Shown: positions 1 to 10,103 of the stretch, one piece after another
How the letters are laid out: the number at the start of each line of letters is the position of its first letter
Numbering within the stretch: position 1 is the first letter of the stretch
Assembly: GCA_050014195.1 (NCBI GenBank)
Contig: JBEKDT010000005.1
Coordinates: 128,001-192,000, forward strand
Length of the DNA stretch: 64,000 nucleotides
Direction of reading: 5' to 3'
From: Desulfomonilia bacterium
GTDB taxonomy: Bacteria; Desulfobacterota; Desulfomonilia; UBA1062
Program-made: the position numbers and the translations under genes
Notes under the pieces: generated by a model
Database searches by the model: none
Told to the model about the DNA's origin: nothing
The model's input: the letters and a program-made list of their open reading frames with translations, nothing else

Positions 1-1109
1 TTCTTCCGGAAGATGTTAAGCTTACAGGTACGGGCGAATCGCCTATTGCCCAGGTGGATGCATTCGTGAACACCACATGCCCGATATGCGGGGGTAAGGC
101 CAAGCGGGAGACCGACACCATGGACACCTTTGTGGAGTCATCCTGGTACTTTATCCGTTACTGCAGTCCGAATCACAAGGACAAGGCATTTGACGCCGAG
201 GAAGTGGCTTACTGGATGCCGGTTGATCAATACATCGGCGGCATTGAACACGCCATCCTGCACCTCATGTACTCGAGGTTCTATACCATGGTGCTCCGCG
301 ACCTCGGGTATGTGGATTTCGACGAGCCATTTGACCGGCTGCTCACCCAGGGCATGGTCATCAAAGATGGGGCAAAAATGTCCAAATCCAAGGGAAACGT
401 GGTGGACCCGGAAGACATGATAGGGCGCTACGGCGCTGATGCCACAAGGCTCTTCACCCTCTTTGCCGCTCCCCCGGAAAAGGACATGGACTGGAGCGAC
501 CAGGGGATTGAAGGTACTTACCGGTTCTTGACCCGGCTCTGGCGTCTCGCCATGGATATCAAGGACATGCAGGGTCCATCGATGATCAGCCGGATCCCGG
601 CATCCGTTGAGCCAATCATGAGAAAGACCCATCAGACCATCCGCAAGGTCACCGAGGACATAGACAAGCGTTTCCGATTCAATACAGCTATTGCCGCCAT
701 GATGGAACTCATCAACGAGCTCTACAAGGCAAAAGAAGTGGTAAAGAACAAAGACGAGACAGCAGTGCTGAAGCATTCTCTCGAACAGCTGCTTATCATG
801 CTCTCCCCTTTTGTACCACATATAGCCGATGAGCTGTGGGAGGCCATGGGGTTGACCGGACAGCTCTTCGAGCACCCTTGGCCGGAATACAATCCCGTTT
901 GGGCTCAGAGTTCGGAAGTCACCATCGCAGTTCAGGTAAACGGTAAGTTGAGAGCCACCATTGAAGTACCTAAAGATGCAGAGCAGGCCCTTGTGCAAAG
1001 TACTGCTCTTTCAGACGTGAACGTTAAGCGTTTCATTGAGAGCGTATCCATACGCAAGGTCATCTATGTCCCGAACAAGATCATTAATATTATTGTTGCT
1101 GCTCTCTAG
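1..1109 (+). CDS. leuS: Leucine--tRNA ligase, C-terminal part (5' end outside window)
   Basis: RETDTMDTF, YIGGIEHAILHL, KMSKS motif, C-terminal VQVNGKLR. Confidence 0.97.
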   Translation, partial: LPEDVKLTGTGESPIAQVDAFVNTTCPICGGKAKRETDTMDTFVESSWYFIRYCSPNHKDKAFDAEEVAYWMPVDQYIGGIEHAILHLMYSRFYTMVLRDLGYVDFDEPFDRLLTQGMVIKDGAKMSKSKGNVVDPEDMIGRYGADATRLFTLFAAPPEKDMDWSDQGIEGTYRFLTRLWRLAMDIKDMQGPSMISRIPASVEPIMRKTHQTIRKVTEDIDKRFRFNTAIAAMMELINELYKAKEVVKNKDETAVLKHSLEQLLIMLSPFVPHIADELWEAMGLTGQLFEHPWPEYNPVWAQSSEVTIAVQVNGKLRATIEVPKDAEQALVQSTALSDVNVKRFIESVSIRKVIYVPNKIINIIVAAL

Positions 1110-1539
1110 CCTGGTCTCCTGCAGATACGGCTTCGTCCTGGAGGGCACTGAAGGCGGCAAGAAGATCGCCCTGGACCCGAGCACGAACAAGACCCACCTG
1201 CGGGAGGGGGGCATTGTGCTGGATACCTATCTAGAACAGTCGCTGGCCTCTATGGGCATGCTCTCACCCAAAGATCCCAAACAGAGACTCGAGTGTTCCA
1301 TAGTCTCCTCTACCAGTGGGCGTATTACATCGGTTTCGCTCAAGTCAGGAGACCGATACCGGCTCACCATCAGTGTGCTTGCAAAGTTGACTGATGCATC
1401 CGGCAAGGTCCTCTGGCAAACCACCTTTTCCGATACCGGGACATTCTCGGAAGGCGGCCAGGACGAAGATGCCCTGGATGAGGCCTGCAGACAAGTCTCT
1501 CTTCAGATCGCACGGGCCCTGGCAGCACTGAGGATATGA
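1066..1539 (+). CDS. LptE-like LPS-assembly lipoprotein
   Basis: Lipobox-like LVS-C after a hydrophobic stretch from ATG 1066; occupies the lptE position in leuS-lptE-holA synteny. Confidence 0.7.
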   Translation: MSRTRSLILLLLLSSLVSCRYGFVLEGTEGGKKIALDPSTNKTHLREGGIVLDTYLEQSLASMGMLSPKDPKQRLECSIVSSTSGRITSVSLKSGDRYRLTISVLAKLTDASGKVLWQTTFSDTGTFSEGGQDEDALDEACRQVSLQIARALAALRI

Positions 1540-2528
1540 GCGCGCAGAAATCCAAAAAACCATTTCTCAATGCCGTTTTTATAGGCCAGGAAACATTCCT
1601 CATGGAAGAGGAGCTCTCATGCCTGAAGAATCGGCTTGGCGAGAATGCATCAATGAACTGGGCGGTCTTCAATGCCGAAGAAGGACCGGCTATGGATGAA
1701 GTCATAAGCCTATGCAACACCATGCCCTTCCTCTCTGATAGAAGGGCCATTATCATCAGGAACGGCCACAAGCTTACTGCGAAACAGATAGATCAGGTTA
1801 TTACATACCTTGATAACCCGTGCGAGACCACCATGCTCATTACAGTCATGGAGGCGGAAAAAACGGATAAAGATCTCGCAAAGCTCCTAAAAAGGTTCGA
1901 CGGCATGGCGGAAATCGTCCGGTTCGAGTCCATAAAGAACAGATCCGAGCGCACAGCCTGGATCATGGACAGGGCGCTCCTTCATGGAAAGAAGATCGAT
2001 AAGGATGCCGCTGTGCTGCTTGCCGAGATTGCAGGGAGCAGCATGTGGTATCTTGATAGTGAAATTCAAAAGCTCTGCCTGTATGTGGCTGATGATCCTT
2101 CCATCACCACAAAAGATGTCCATGAAGTCGTCATGCGCACGCATGAGCCCGCCATATTCGCCTTCCTTGATGCGCTGTTCGACCGGAAGAAGGATACCCT
2201 CTCAAGGCTCTATGATCTGGAACTTACCGGGATCGCCGAACTCGAGATCATCAGCAGGATAGAAAACCAGATCATCAATCACTACGTCGTACTTTCCGGC
2301 AGGGACTGGAAAAAGATGAAGATACACGATTTTATTGCAGACAAGGCCATGAGGCGCAAGTCCCTCTGGAACATGGCGCAACTCTTATCCCTTCTTAAGG
2401 ATGTCCGTCAGATAGAACAAAGGCTCAAATCGAGCTCAATCGTTCATGTATATGCCTCCCTTACCGAGGTGATCGGGCGGCTTGTGCTGCCCCCCAGGAA
2501 TGAGGGGAGGATACTTGGCAGGTTTTAA
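1536..2528 (+). CDS. holA: DNA polymerase III delta subunit
   Basis: G-E-FL start, T-MPFLSDRR-IIIR, EIQKL, IF-FLDAL; leuS-holA-rpsT synteny. Confidence 0.88.
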   Translation: MSAQKSKKPFLNAVFIGQETFLMEEELSCLKNRLGENASMNWAVFNAEEGPAMDEVISLCNTMPFLSDRRAIIIRNGHKLTAKQIDQVITYLDNPCETTMLITVMEAEKTDKDLAKLLKRFDGMAEIVRFESIKNRSERTAWIMDRALLHGKKIDKDAAVLLAEIAGSSMWYLDSEIQKLCLYVADDPSITTKDVHEVVMRTHEPAIFAFLDALFDRKKDTLSRLYDLELTGIAELEIISRIENQIINHYVVLSGRDWKKMKIHDFIADKAMRRKSLWNMAQLLSLLKDVRQIEQRLKSSSIVHVYASLTEVIGRLVLPPRNEGRILGRF

Positions 2529-2531
2529 GCT

Positions 2532-2798
2532 TTAGGAGAGCTGGGCATTCACCATCTTGGTCAGGCGGGAGATCTTCCGGGATGCGGTTCTCCTGTGGAG
2601 AGCCCCCTTGCTCACGGCGCCGTCCAGGCGGGCGACGGCTTCACGGTACAACTCACGTGCCTTATCTGTTTCTTTCTCGCTCAGAGAGGAGAATATCTTC
2701 TTTATGGTGGTATTAATAACGGACTTGTGGCCCCTGTTCCTCAAGCGCCGCTTCTCACTCTGTCGCTGCCTCTTCAGGGCTGAAGCATGGTTAGCCAT
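2532..2798 (-). CDS. rpsT: 30S ribosomal protein S20
   Basis: MANHASALKR...RNR...SKGALH...ASRKISRL. Confidence 0.97.
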   Translation of the reverse strand: MANHASALKRQRQSEKRRLRNRGHKSVINTTIKKIFSSLSEKETDKARELYREAVARLDGAVSKGALHRRTASRKISRLTKMVNAQLS

Positions 2799-2917
2799 TA
2801 ACTTTTTATCCTCCTTTGTATCACAGCTACGAGGTGAATCTTAATATATGGGCTGCACATTTCTGTCAAGGCCTTTATGGCCGGTAGGGAACTGCCGCGA
2901 CCATTCCTTAATCGGTA

Positions 2918-3880
2918 TTATATACGAAGGCATGCAACAAAGTGCCCGGGTTCGGCCTCCTTCAGCTCCGGCTGTGCACGAGTGCATTCTTCATCTTCTT
3001 TTGGACATGCGGCCCTGTATGTGCACCCGCCTTCGAACCGTACGGGGAAGAACCCTGCACGCACCCGAGTCGGACTCGATGCATGGTCCTGGAGTTCCGC
3101 CCCGGGCACTGCGGCCATCAGGCACTTAGTGTACGGGTGCAGGGGGTTATCAAAAATACTCAGCGCTTTTGCAAGCTCTACGATCCGCCCCTTATACATG
3201 ACGGCTATGCGATGAGACAAATAGCCCACAATGGCAAGGTCATGGGAGATAAACAAGTACGACAGTTTAAATTGTGCCTGGAGATCCGTCAGGAGGTTAA
3301 TAACCTGGGCCTGGATTGAAACATCCAGAGCAGAGACCGGCTCGTCACAGATGATAAGCTTCGGTTTGATGGCCAATGCCCTGGCAATACAGATTCTCTG
3401 CCTCTGCCCGCCCGAGAACTCATGAGGATAGCGGCCCAGTATATCAGGGCTTAAGCCAACCATTTCAATCAGTTGTACGGCCCGATCCCTGATCTCGGCT
3501 TTGGCAAAAGTCTTGTGAACGATCATGGGCTCTTCAATGATGGACCTCACCTTTTTTCTTGGATTCAAAGAGCCGAAGGGGTCCTGGAAGACTACTTGCA
3601 TACCCTTGCGGACCTTGCGGAGCATTTCTCCCTTTGCCTGTATGACATCCGTCCCGTCAAAGATGATCCTGCCTTTATCCGGGGTTTCAAGCCTTAAGAT
3701 CAGCTTGCCTAACGTGGTCTTCCCGCACCCGGACTCCCCCACAAGCCCCAAGGTCTCTTCCGGCCATAGGTCGAGATCTACGCCGTTGACTGCCTGAACT
3801 TGTCCGATCGACTTACCAAAGGCCCCTGATCGGATGGGGAAGGACTTCATGAGCCCTTGTACGGCAAGGAGAGGGTTCAT
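2918..3880 (-). CDS. Oligopeptide/dipeptide ABC transporter ATP-binding subunit (OppF/DppF type)
   Basis: [32 protein letters not shown]-terminal Cys cluster. Confidence 0.93.
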   Translation of the reverse strand: MNPLLAVQGLMKSFPIRSGAFGKSIGQVQAVNGVDLDLWPEETLGLVGESGCGKTTLGKLILRLETPDKGRIIFDGTDVIQAKGEMLRKVRKGMQVVFQDPFGSLNPRKKVRSIIEEPMIVHKTFAKAEIRDRAVQLIEMVGLSPDILGRYPHEFSGGQRQRICIARALAIKPKLIICDEPVSALDVSIQAQVINLLTDLQAQFKLSYLFISHDLAIVGYLSHRIAVMYKGRIVELAKALSIFDNPLHPYTKCLMAAVPGAELQDHASSPTRVRAGFFPVRFEGGCTYRAACPKEDEECTRAQPELKEAEPGHFVACLRI

Positions 3881-4917
3881 GCCTCCTTGTACCTCCAGCA
3901 GCTCACCTCTCGGCCCTCAGAAGGGTAAAAGATCGGGGGAAACTCCACCCTGCAGATGTCCATAACTTCAGGGCACCTGGGGTTAAACGTGCATCCCAAG
4001 GGCATATCCTTGAACGTAGGTACATTACCCGGGATGGCATAGAGCCTATCACCCCTGAAGCCTGCGCTGAGCCTTGGTACGGATTTCATAAGCCCTTTGG
4101 TGTAGGGGTGCAAGGGTTCTGAGAATACCGCAGGAGCTTGAGCGTATTCCACCACATGGCCTGTATACATGACAGCCACATCCTGGCATACCTGTGCAAC
4201 AACGCCAAGGTCATGGGTCACCAGGATGATGGATGTGCCTATCTCCTCTTTCAGATCGTGCATGAGGCACAGGATCTGTGCCTGGGTGGTTACGTCCAGG
4301 GCGGTGGTGGGTTCATCGGCAATAAGCAGCATCGGCCTGCATGCCATGGCCATGGCGATCATAACCCGCTGGCACATGCCTCCGCTGAGCTGGTGGGGAT
4401 AATCCCCTATCCTCTTTTGGGCTTCAGGTATGCCGACCATGTCCAACATGCCCACTGCGATCTCAAGGGCCTGTTTTTTTGTACCCGCCCGCCGGCTTTG
4501 GTGCAAAAGGATCACCTCGGCAATCTGAGAGCCTATGGTGAACACCGGGTTCAGCGAGGTCATGGGTTCCTGGAAGATCATGGAGATCTTATTACCCCGA
4601 ATGGACCGCATACCGTCCTCGTCAAGACCCATGAGGTCGATGCCCTGGAACATGATGCTGCCTTTCGTAATCTTTCCCGGCGGATCAGCCACCAGCCTTA
4701 GGATGGACAGGGCAAGCACCGTTTTACCGCAACCGGATTCGCCTACGATGCCGAGTGTATGCCCGGACTTCAGTGCCAGGTCAACACCGTCTACGGCCTT
4801 CACAACGCCTTCGGGGGTAAAAAAAGATGTATGCAGGTCCTTAATTTCCAGGAGGTTTTCCCCCTGCCCTATCCGGGACAGTATATCAAGTCCTGCAGTA
4901 GTGCTCTTAGTGGCCAT
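3877..4917 (-). CDS. Oligopeptide/dipeptide ABC transporter ATP-binding subunit (OppD/DppD type)
   Basis: [41 protein letters not shown]. Confidence 0.93.
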   Translation of the reverse strand: MATKSTTAGLDILSRIGQGENLLEIKDLHTSFFTPEGVVKAVDGVDLALKSGHTLGIVGESGCGKTVLALSILRLVADPPGKITKGSIMFQGIDLMGLDEDGMRSIRGNKISMIFQEPMTSLNPVFTIGSQIAEVILLHQSRRAGTKKQALEIAVGMLDMVGIPEAQKRIGDYPHQLSGGMCQRVMIAMAMACRPMLLIADEPTTALDVTTQAQILCLMHDLKEEIGTSIILVTHDLGVVAQVCQDVAVMYTGHVVEYAQAPAVFSEPLHPYTKGLMKSVPRLSAGFRGDRLYAIPGNVPTFKDMPLGCTFNPRCPEVMDICRVEFPPIFYPSEGREVSCWRYKEA

Positions 4918-5018
4918 TTAGCTCATTCCCTAAGGCAGACATATCTTGCCTTGTAAAATATAACAGATTCCCTGCCATTAGGATACAATCAGTCATTATC
5001 TCAAGGAATGGTTCATTC

Positions 5019-5369
5019 TCAGAACAGCACCTTCGTACCACCGCTCTCACAGAGAAAGTGAACCTGGCTGAGAGCTTCCTTCATCCGGATTGCCTTTGCT
5101 ACCTCAGCATACAGCTTCTCTTCAATCGGCTCCACCGTGGAGACAGGCCTTTTGTCATGGCTGAAGCCGTTCCGAAGAGATCGGACATGGCCGGCCACCA
5201 CCGCATAGCCGCATCCGGCAAGCCCGCAACATGACCGGTCCGTTACTGCATATCCGACAAGATACAGGATCTTGCCTGTTCTATGGTCGAGTTCTTCTTC
5301 TTTTATGAAGAGATAATGGCCTCCAATCGCATCAACTTCTACCCCAAGTAAAGGATGTACAAATTCCAC
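5019..5369 (-). CDS. Hypothetical protein with SCCG--GC motif
   Basis: Open frame; probable GTG start at 5369 behind AAGGGGAG RBS (longer starts at 5417 or 5456 possible). Confidence 0.6.
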   Translation of the reverse strand: MEFVHPLLGVEVDAIGGHYLFIKEEELDHRTGKILYLVGYAVTDRSCCGLAGCGYAVVAGHVRSLRNGFSHDKRPVSTVEPIEEKLYAEVAKAIRMKEALSQVHFLCESGGTKVLF

Positions 5370-5579
5370 TGTCTCTCCCCTTATGACTTTCCCATGTCCT
5401 TTCTCATAGATGGCCATATCTTCAGTGATGTCAAGCCGATCATCGTGTTGCCACAATGCATTCCATGATTGTTATCTCTTGATAATCCGGTTAAAGTTTG
5501 TATACCGCTCCACCGATGAACCATATATCATGGCCTATAAAGGGTGCTGTACTATCCTCGGAAAGGTTTTGTTTAAGAG

Positions 5580-6614
5580 ATGAGCTTATTTGACAAGTTC
5601 TTCGGGCGTAATAAGGCATCCAAAGAGATCGCTGCCTGCGAAGCAGCGTTGGAGAAGCGCCCGAATGATACCATGATCCTCAAGAAGCTTGGGGACCTAT
5701 ACAACCAGGCGAACAATATCAAGAGCGCCTCCGATATATATGTCCGCCTCGGTGAGATCTACAGTGAGAAAGGGTTCTACCCCAAGGCCATTGCCTTGTA
5801 CAAACAGGCCATCAAAATAAACCCATCCTGGGAAGGGCCGTATGAGAAGCTTGCCGATCTCTACCAGGTGCAGGGATTTTCCCGGGAGGCAGCCACCCAG
5901 TATGTCAAGCTTGCCGAGATGCTCGAAAAGAATGGAGACAGTGTAGAAGCCACCATGTATATGCAAAAGGCCGCAGAGCTCGACCCGGCCATTACCCAAA
6001 TGAACAAGAAGGTCCAATCCTTCAAGGTGAAGGAAAAGGCCATGACGGAACCCATTCCCAAGGCCGTTCCCAAGCCTGATCTGGAACGTACTGATTTCTA
6101 TGATCTTAACAAGGAACTAGACAAGCAACTGGAAAAGGAAATAGAGGAGTTCTCCATCGATGAGACTTTCGAGGATACTGTTGATACCACCGGGGTAGAG
6201 TCCGTATTCAAAGCCATCGAGGAAAACACACCAAAGGAAGATAAAGATGACCCTCTATTCCAATACAATATGGGCCTTGCCTACCGGGAAACAGGGCTGC
6301 TGGATGAGGCCGTCGAGGCCTTTAAAAAGGTGATCGGTACAGGCGATAAACTCTACGATGCCTATGTCATGCTTGGGGTAACCTATCGCGAAAAGGGCCT
6401 TTTCAATGAGTCTCTTGATGCGTTTCGGCAGGCGGTATCCCTGAAAGAGGCATCTGCGGAAATGAAAGTCGGGATCCTTTACGAGACCGCACAGACTTAT
6501 AAGGCCCTGGGAGATAATCTGAATGCCTTGTCCATCTTCAGAGAGATTCAGAAAGAGCACAAGGAATTCAAAGATGTCGAGCTTGAAATAATCCGCCTGG
6601 CGGGTGGAGGATAA
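5580..6614 (+). CDS. Tetratricopeptide-repeat protein (N- and C-terminal TPR clusters, acidic linker; SgmX-like C-terminus)
   Basis: LGDLY, LGEIY...KAIALYKQA, QYNMGLAYRETGLLDEAVEAF TPR motifs. Confidence 0.85.
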   Translation: MSLFDKFFGRNKASKEIAACEAALEKRPNDTMILKKLGDLYNQANNIKSASDIYVRLGEIYSEKGFYPKAIALYKQAIKINPSWEGPYEKLADLYQVQGFSREAATQYVKLAEMLEKNGDSVEATMYMQKAAELDPAITQMNKKVQSFKVKEKAMTEPIPKAVPKPDLERTDFYDLNKELDKQLEKEIEEFSIDETFEDTVDTTGVESVFKAIEENTPKEDKDDPLFQYNMGLAYRETGLLDEAVEAFKKVIGTGDKLYDAYVMLGVTYREKGLFNESLDAFRQAVSLKEASAEMKVGILYETAQTYKALGDNLNALSIFREIQKEHKEFKDVELEIIRLAGGG

Positions 6615-6615
6615 T

Positions 6616-7632
6616 ATGGCCGTTATCAACTATTCAAAAAAGGAAATCTCCGCGAAGATCGTCTATTATGGCCCTTCCCTCTGTGGAAAGACCACAAACA
6701 TCCAGTCTATTTATGCCAGTATCAAGCCTGATCAAAAAGGTAAGCTTGTGTCACTGGCAACAGAGGCCGACCGTACTCTGTTCTTCGACTTCCTACCCAT
6801 AGAGATTGCAAACATCCGTGGTTTCAAAACCAGACTCCACTTCTATACCGTCCCCGGCCAGGTATATTACAATTCCACACGAAGGGCCGTGCTCACCGGT
6901 GTCGACGGCCTTGTATTCGTCGCCGACTCTCAGCGGGACAAGATGGAAGAAAACATCGAAAGCCTGAACAACTTGGAAGAGAACCTCAATTACTACGGGA
7001 AGAGTATCAAGACGATACCGATTGTGATCCAGTATAACAAAAGGGATCTTGCGGATGTACATCCGATTGCCGAAATGGAGCAGATCATCAATCCCTATGG
7101 ATACCCATCGTTCGAGTCGGTGGCCACCACCGGAGAAGGTGTTCTGGATACGCTCACCAAGATCACGAAAATGGTTCTCCAGCACATCGAGATGGGAACG
7201 AGCGGCAAGCAGCAGCGAACTGCACCAACGCCTCCGGAAAGACCTTCCCTTTCTCCGGGGCTGTCCCAACCAGGCCGGACCCAGCCAGGCATGCCTCAGA
7301 CCGGAATATCGCAACCGGGCTTATCCCCTCATGGCGCAACACAACCCGGTCCGTCCCAGCCTCCTGCTTCACCAAAGGCGCCGGAACCCTCTCCTGTGAG
7401 GCAACTGGAGCCGACCTTAGATCTGTCCAGGTTTAATGAACCAGAGCCTCTTTCCGGTGAACCCGTAACCAAGTCCGTTATAGGTAGGATTCAGATTGTG
7501 GGCACAGATAATGCAGAAATTATCTCGGCAAACGCTATCAGCATTCCAATACGGATAAAAATTGAGGGTGACATGAAGGTGTACAAGATGGACCTAGCCA
7601 TCAAGCTTGATGGCTTCAAACCCGAGGATTAA
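6616..7632 (+). CDS. mglA: MglA-family small GTPase with Pro/Gln-rich C-terminal extension
   Basis: KIVYYGPSLCGKTTN, RTLFFDFLP, YTVPGQV, VDGLVFVADSQ, QYNKRDL; GGAGGA RBS before ATG 6616. Confidence 0.92.
   Translation: MAVINYSKKEISAKIVYYGPSLCGKTTNIQSIYASIKPDQKGKLVSLATEADRTLFFDFLPIEIANIRGFKTRLHFYTVPGQVYYNSTRRAVLTGVDGLVFVADSQRDKMEENIESLNNLEENLNYYGKSIKTIPIVIQYNKRDLADVHPIAEMEQIINPYGYPSFESVATTGEGVLDTLTKITKMVLQHIEMGTSGKQQRTAPTPPERPSLSPGLSQPGRTQPGMPQTGISQPGLSPHGATQPGPSQPPASPKAPEPSPVRQLEPTLDLSRFNEPEPLSGEPVTKSVIGRIQIVGTDNAEIISANAISIPIRIKIEGDMKVYKMDLAIKLDGFKPED
7261..7365 (+). repeat. Seven degenerate 15-bp units encoding x-S/T-Q-P-G-like pentapeptides in the MglA tail
   Basis: LSQPG RTQPG MPQTG ISQPG LSPHG ATQPG PSQPP. 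Confidence 0.8.
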
Positions 7633-9133
7633 GGGTGTTCGAGCAGTGTCTATGCTCACGGGGATACTGCCGATAACCTTTCTCGAAGGGGTTCCCTTAT
7701 CTTGGCCCGTCATCAGTACAATCCTTGGGGATAGTTACTTTTTTGTCATTGCAACAACACTTTTGTCCATCTTCCTTATTGGTGTGTGCATGCTCATCAA
7801 GTACTCACCCCTTATGTTCAATGACCTTAAGAACTTTACCAACAATGAGATGCCGGACAAAGGCATCATCTTGTGGATAGTCTTTATCCTGCTCATACCT
7901 CTGTTCTTCAATGTCGGCCCCATGGTGCCCCTTCTCTGGTGGCTCTTCCTGCTGTGGGGGTACATGATCCCTGCTGAAAAGCGGATCACCTTCTTCTTCG
8001 TGTTCCTGACACTCATGTCCAGCTGGATTGCACATGTAGGGGCGGGTTTCATCACCTACACTGAGAACCAGCTTAACCTGCAGATCTATACTATCGAACA
8101 CAAGATTGCCAATGAAGCGGATACCGCTCAAATATCTTCATGGATCAAGACTCATCCTGCTGATGCAGAACCCATGAACGCCATGGCACTTATTGAGATT
8201 AATAGATCGAATTATAGTGATGCCATCAAGCTCCTCAACCAGGGAATCGATCTGGAACCCAACAATCCAAGATTCTACAATCACTTGGGCATCTCGTATC
8301 TCGGCTTGGGGAAAAGCAAAGAAGCATTGAAGTCATTCCAAAACGCCATCTCGCTCATGCCTGATAACATGATCTACCATTACAACGTAAGCAGGCTCTA
8401 CCAATCGACCTATAACTTCTATGAAGGGGAAAAGGCCATTGCCACTGCAAGCGGTCTTGATGCAGATGGGGTAAGGCGTCTTCTGGACGTAGAAAACGCT
8501 GCAGGGAGGACTCTGTATATCCAGGAATACACTCCGCTGTTGCTTCAACTCGCACGGCAGATGAGACCTTCGCAGGACCTAAAGGCCGCTGCCGACGCCC
8601 TGTGGACTTTTGCCTACGGCCTGTTTCCGAGAAAGGCGTCCGTTTTTCTGGCAATAGGAAGTTTTCTCATCTTCGTTATGTTAAGCTACATCCCCGATGA
8701 CAAATTCACCAAGCAGTGCAGCCGATGTGGAAAGCTGTATTATTCCGGCACCAAAACAAAAACCGGCAGCCCCATATGCCTCCAGTGCCATTGGATTGAT
8801 GTGAAAACAAAGAAACAGCAAGGGAGCATACTGCACCATAAGACCGAAGAGATCAGAAAATATAAGACACACAGTTATCAGAAACTGCTCCGGCTTGAGC
8901 TTATGCTGCCCGGTCTAGGCTCATTCCTGACCAACAAGACGGGTATCGGCCTGATCCGCATCGTCGTTTTAAGCGCTTCTCTCATGGCTATCCTAACCGG
9001 TGGACAGTTCATCATCTCTTTCATTCAGGTTCAAGTTGAGTTTACCACGATCGTCAGGATCACCGGTGTTATCTCCTTAGTGTTACTCTTGATAAGGGCT
9101 TACAAAGCCCCTCCGATCAGGTACGGGGTGTAA
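7607..9133 (+). CDS. Polytopic membrane protein with TPRs and a CxxC...CxxC zinc-ribbon motif (start may be 7652)
   Basis: Several hydrophobic helices, TPRs (FYNHLGISYLGLG), CSRCG...CLQC. Confidence 0.8.
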   Translation: MMASNPRIKGVRAVSMLTGILPITFLEGVPLSWPVISTILGDSYFFVIATTLLSIFLIGVCMLIKYSPLMFNDLKNFTNNEMPDKGIILWIVFILLIPLFFNVGPMVPLLWWLFLLWGYMIPAEKRITFFFVFLTLMSSWIAHVGAGFITYTENQLNLQIYTIEHKIANEADTAQISSWIKTHPADAEPMNAMALIEINRSNYSDAIKLLNQGIDLEPNNPRFYNHLGISYLGLGKSKEALKSFQNAISLMPDNMIYHYNVSRLYQSTYNFYEGEKAIATASGLDADGVRRLLDVENAAGRTLYIQEYTPLLLQLARQMRPSQDLKAAADALWTFAYGLFPRKASVFLAIGSFLIFVMLSYIPDDKFTKQCSRCGKLYYSGTKTKTGSPICLQCHWIDVKTKKQQGSILHHKTEEIRKYKTHSYQKLLRLELMLPGLGSFLTNKTGIGLIRIVVLSASLMAILTGGQFIISFIQVQVEFTTIVRITGVISLVLLLIRAYKAPPIRYGV

Positions 9134-9134
9134 C

Positions 9135-10103
9135 ATGGCATTGCTCGGGACGCTCAAAGGATTCGGGGTTACTGAGATCTTCCAGCTTATCTCCCAGCAG
9201 ATGAAGACAGGGGCACTGATCCTATCCTCACCTAAGGCTAATGTCACCATCACTTTTGAAAACGGGATCATCGTGGGCATAACCTCCGACCAGTGGGAAA
9301 GGGATCCTAGGGCCGATGTGCTGCTGAAAGCGGATTATGTCAACGATAAAGAGCTCAAGGCGGCATTCGAGAGCGAGAAGAAGAATTCTGAACGCTGGCA
9401 TGAGATATTGATCTCAAAAGGTCAGCTGAAAAAGATCTTCCTGGACCGGGCTACCACCGTCGTGATTAAGCAAATACTGCTTGAAGTGTTCCAGTGGAGA
9501 GAAGGAGGGTATAAGTTCGATGACTGGAACACCGAGTCAGAAAGTATGCTCTCCTGCCATATTCCCACTGAGGGAGCCATCCTTGACACATTACGCATCA
9601 TTGATGAATGGCCTACAATCAAGCAGAAGATACCTCCGGTGGATTATTGTCCTGTGACTATCATCCCCATCACCGAAGAGATCGTCCGCCATCACGATCT
9701 ATCGGACGTGGATATGCACATCTACGACTTGATTGATGAGAAACGGACCGTCGAGCGGATAGTAAAAGAATCGCTGGAGCCCCCCTTCGAGGCACTAAGC
9801 TCAATTGTCAGGCTCCTGGACATCGGGCTCGTGGAGGTCTTCCCAGAGGGCGCCAGGGACATACGTGATGTCGCAATCGCCCGGAACCTTTTTTTGAGCA
9901 AGATCAAACAGGTGGCTCTCTATGTCGTGCTCGTTCTCAGCATCTTCACACTCGTCATCATAGGCCAGCCCCGGATTACCAAAGGGGGGTTCATACCCAA
10001 GGAGATCAAGACATACCTTAACGACCAGAAGACGGTCCTGCAACGTTTCAGCGGGAAGCAGACAGCGCTTTCAATGACAGATACAAATAACTATGGCCAT
10101 TGA
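9135..10103 (+). CDS. DUF4388 (PatA N-terminal-like) domain protein with C-terminal TM helix
   Basis: MAL-GTLK-FG--EIFQLI--Q-KTG-L...F-W-EG-Y-F signature; LRIIDEW. Confidence 0.85.
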   Translation: MALLGTLKGFGVTEIFQLISQQMKTGALILSSPKANVTITFENGIIVGITSDQWERDPRADVLLKADYVNDKELKAAFESEKKNSERWHEILISKGQLKKIFLDRATTVVIKQILLEVFQWREGGYKFDDWNTESESMLSCHIPTEGAILDTLRIIDEWPTIKQKIPPVDYCPVTIIPITEEIVRHHDLSDVDMHIYDLIDEKRTVERIVKESLEPPFEALSSIVRLLDIGLVEVFPEGARDIRDVAIARNLFLSKIKQVALYVVLVLSIFTLVIIGQPRITKGGFIPKEIKTYLNDQKTVLQRFSGKQTALSMTDTNNYGH

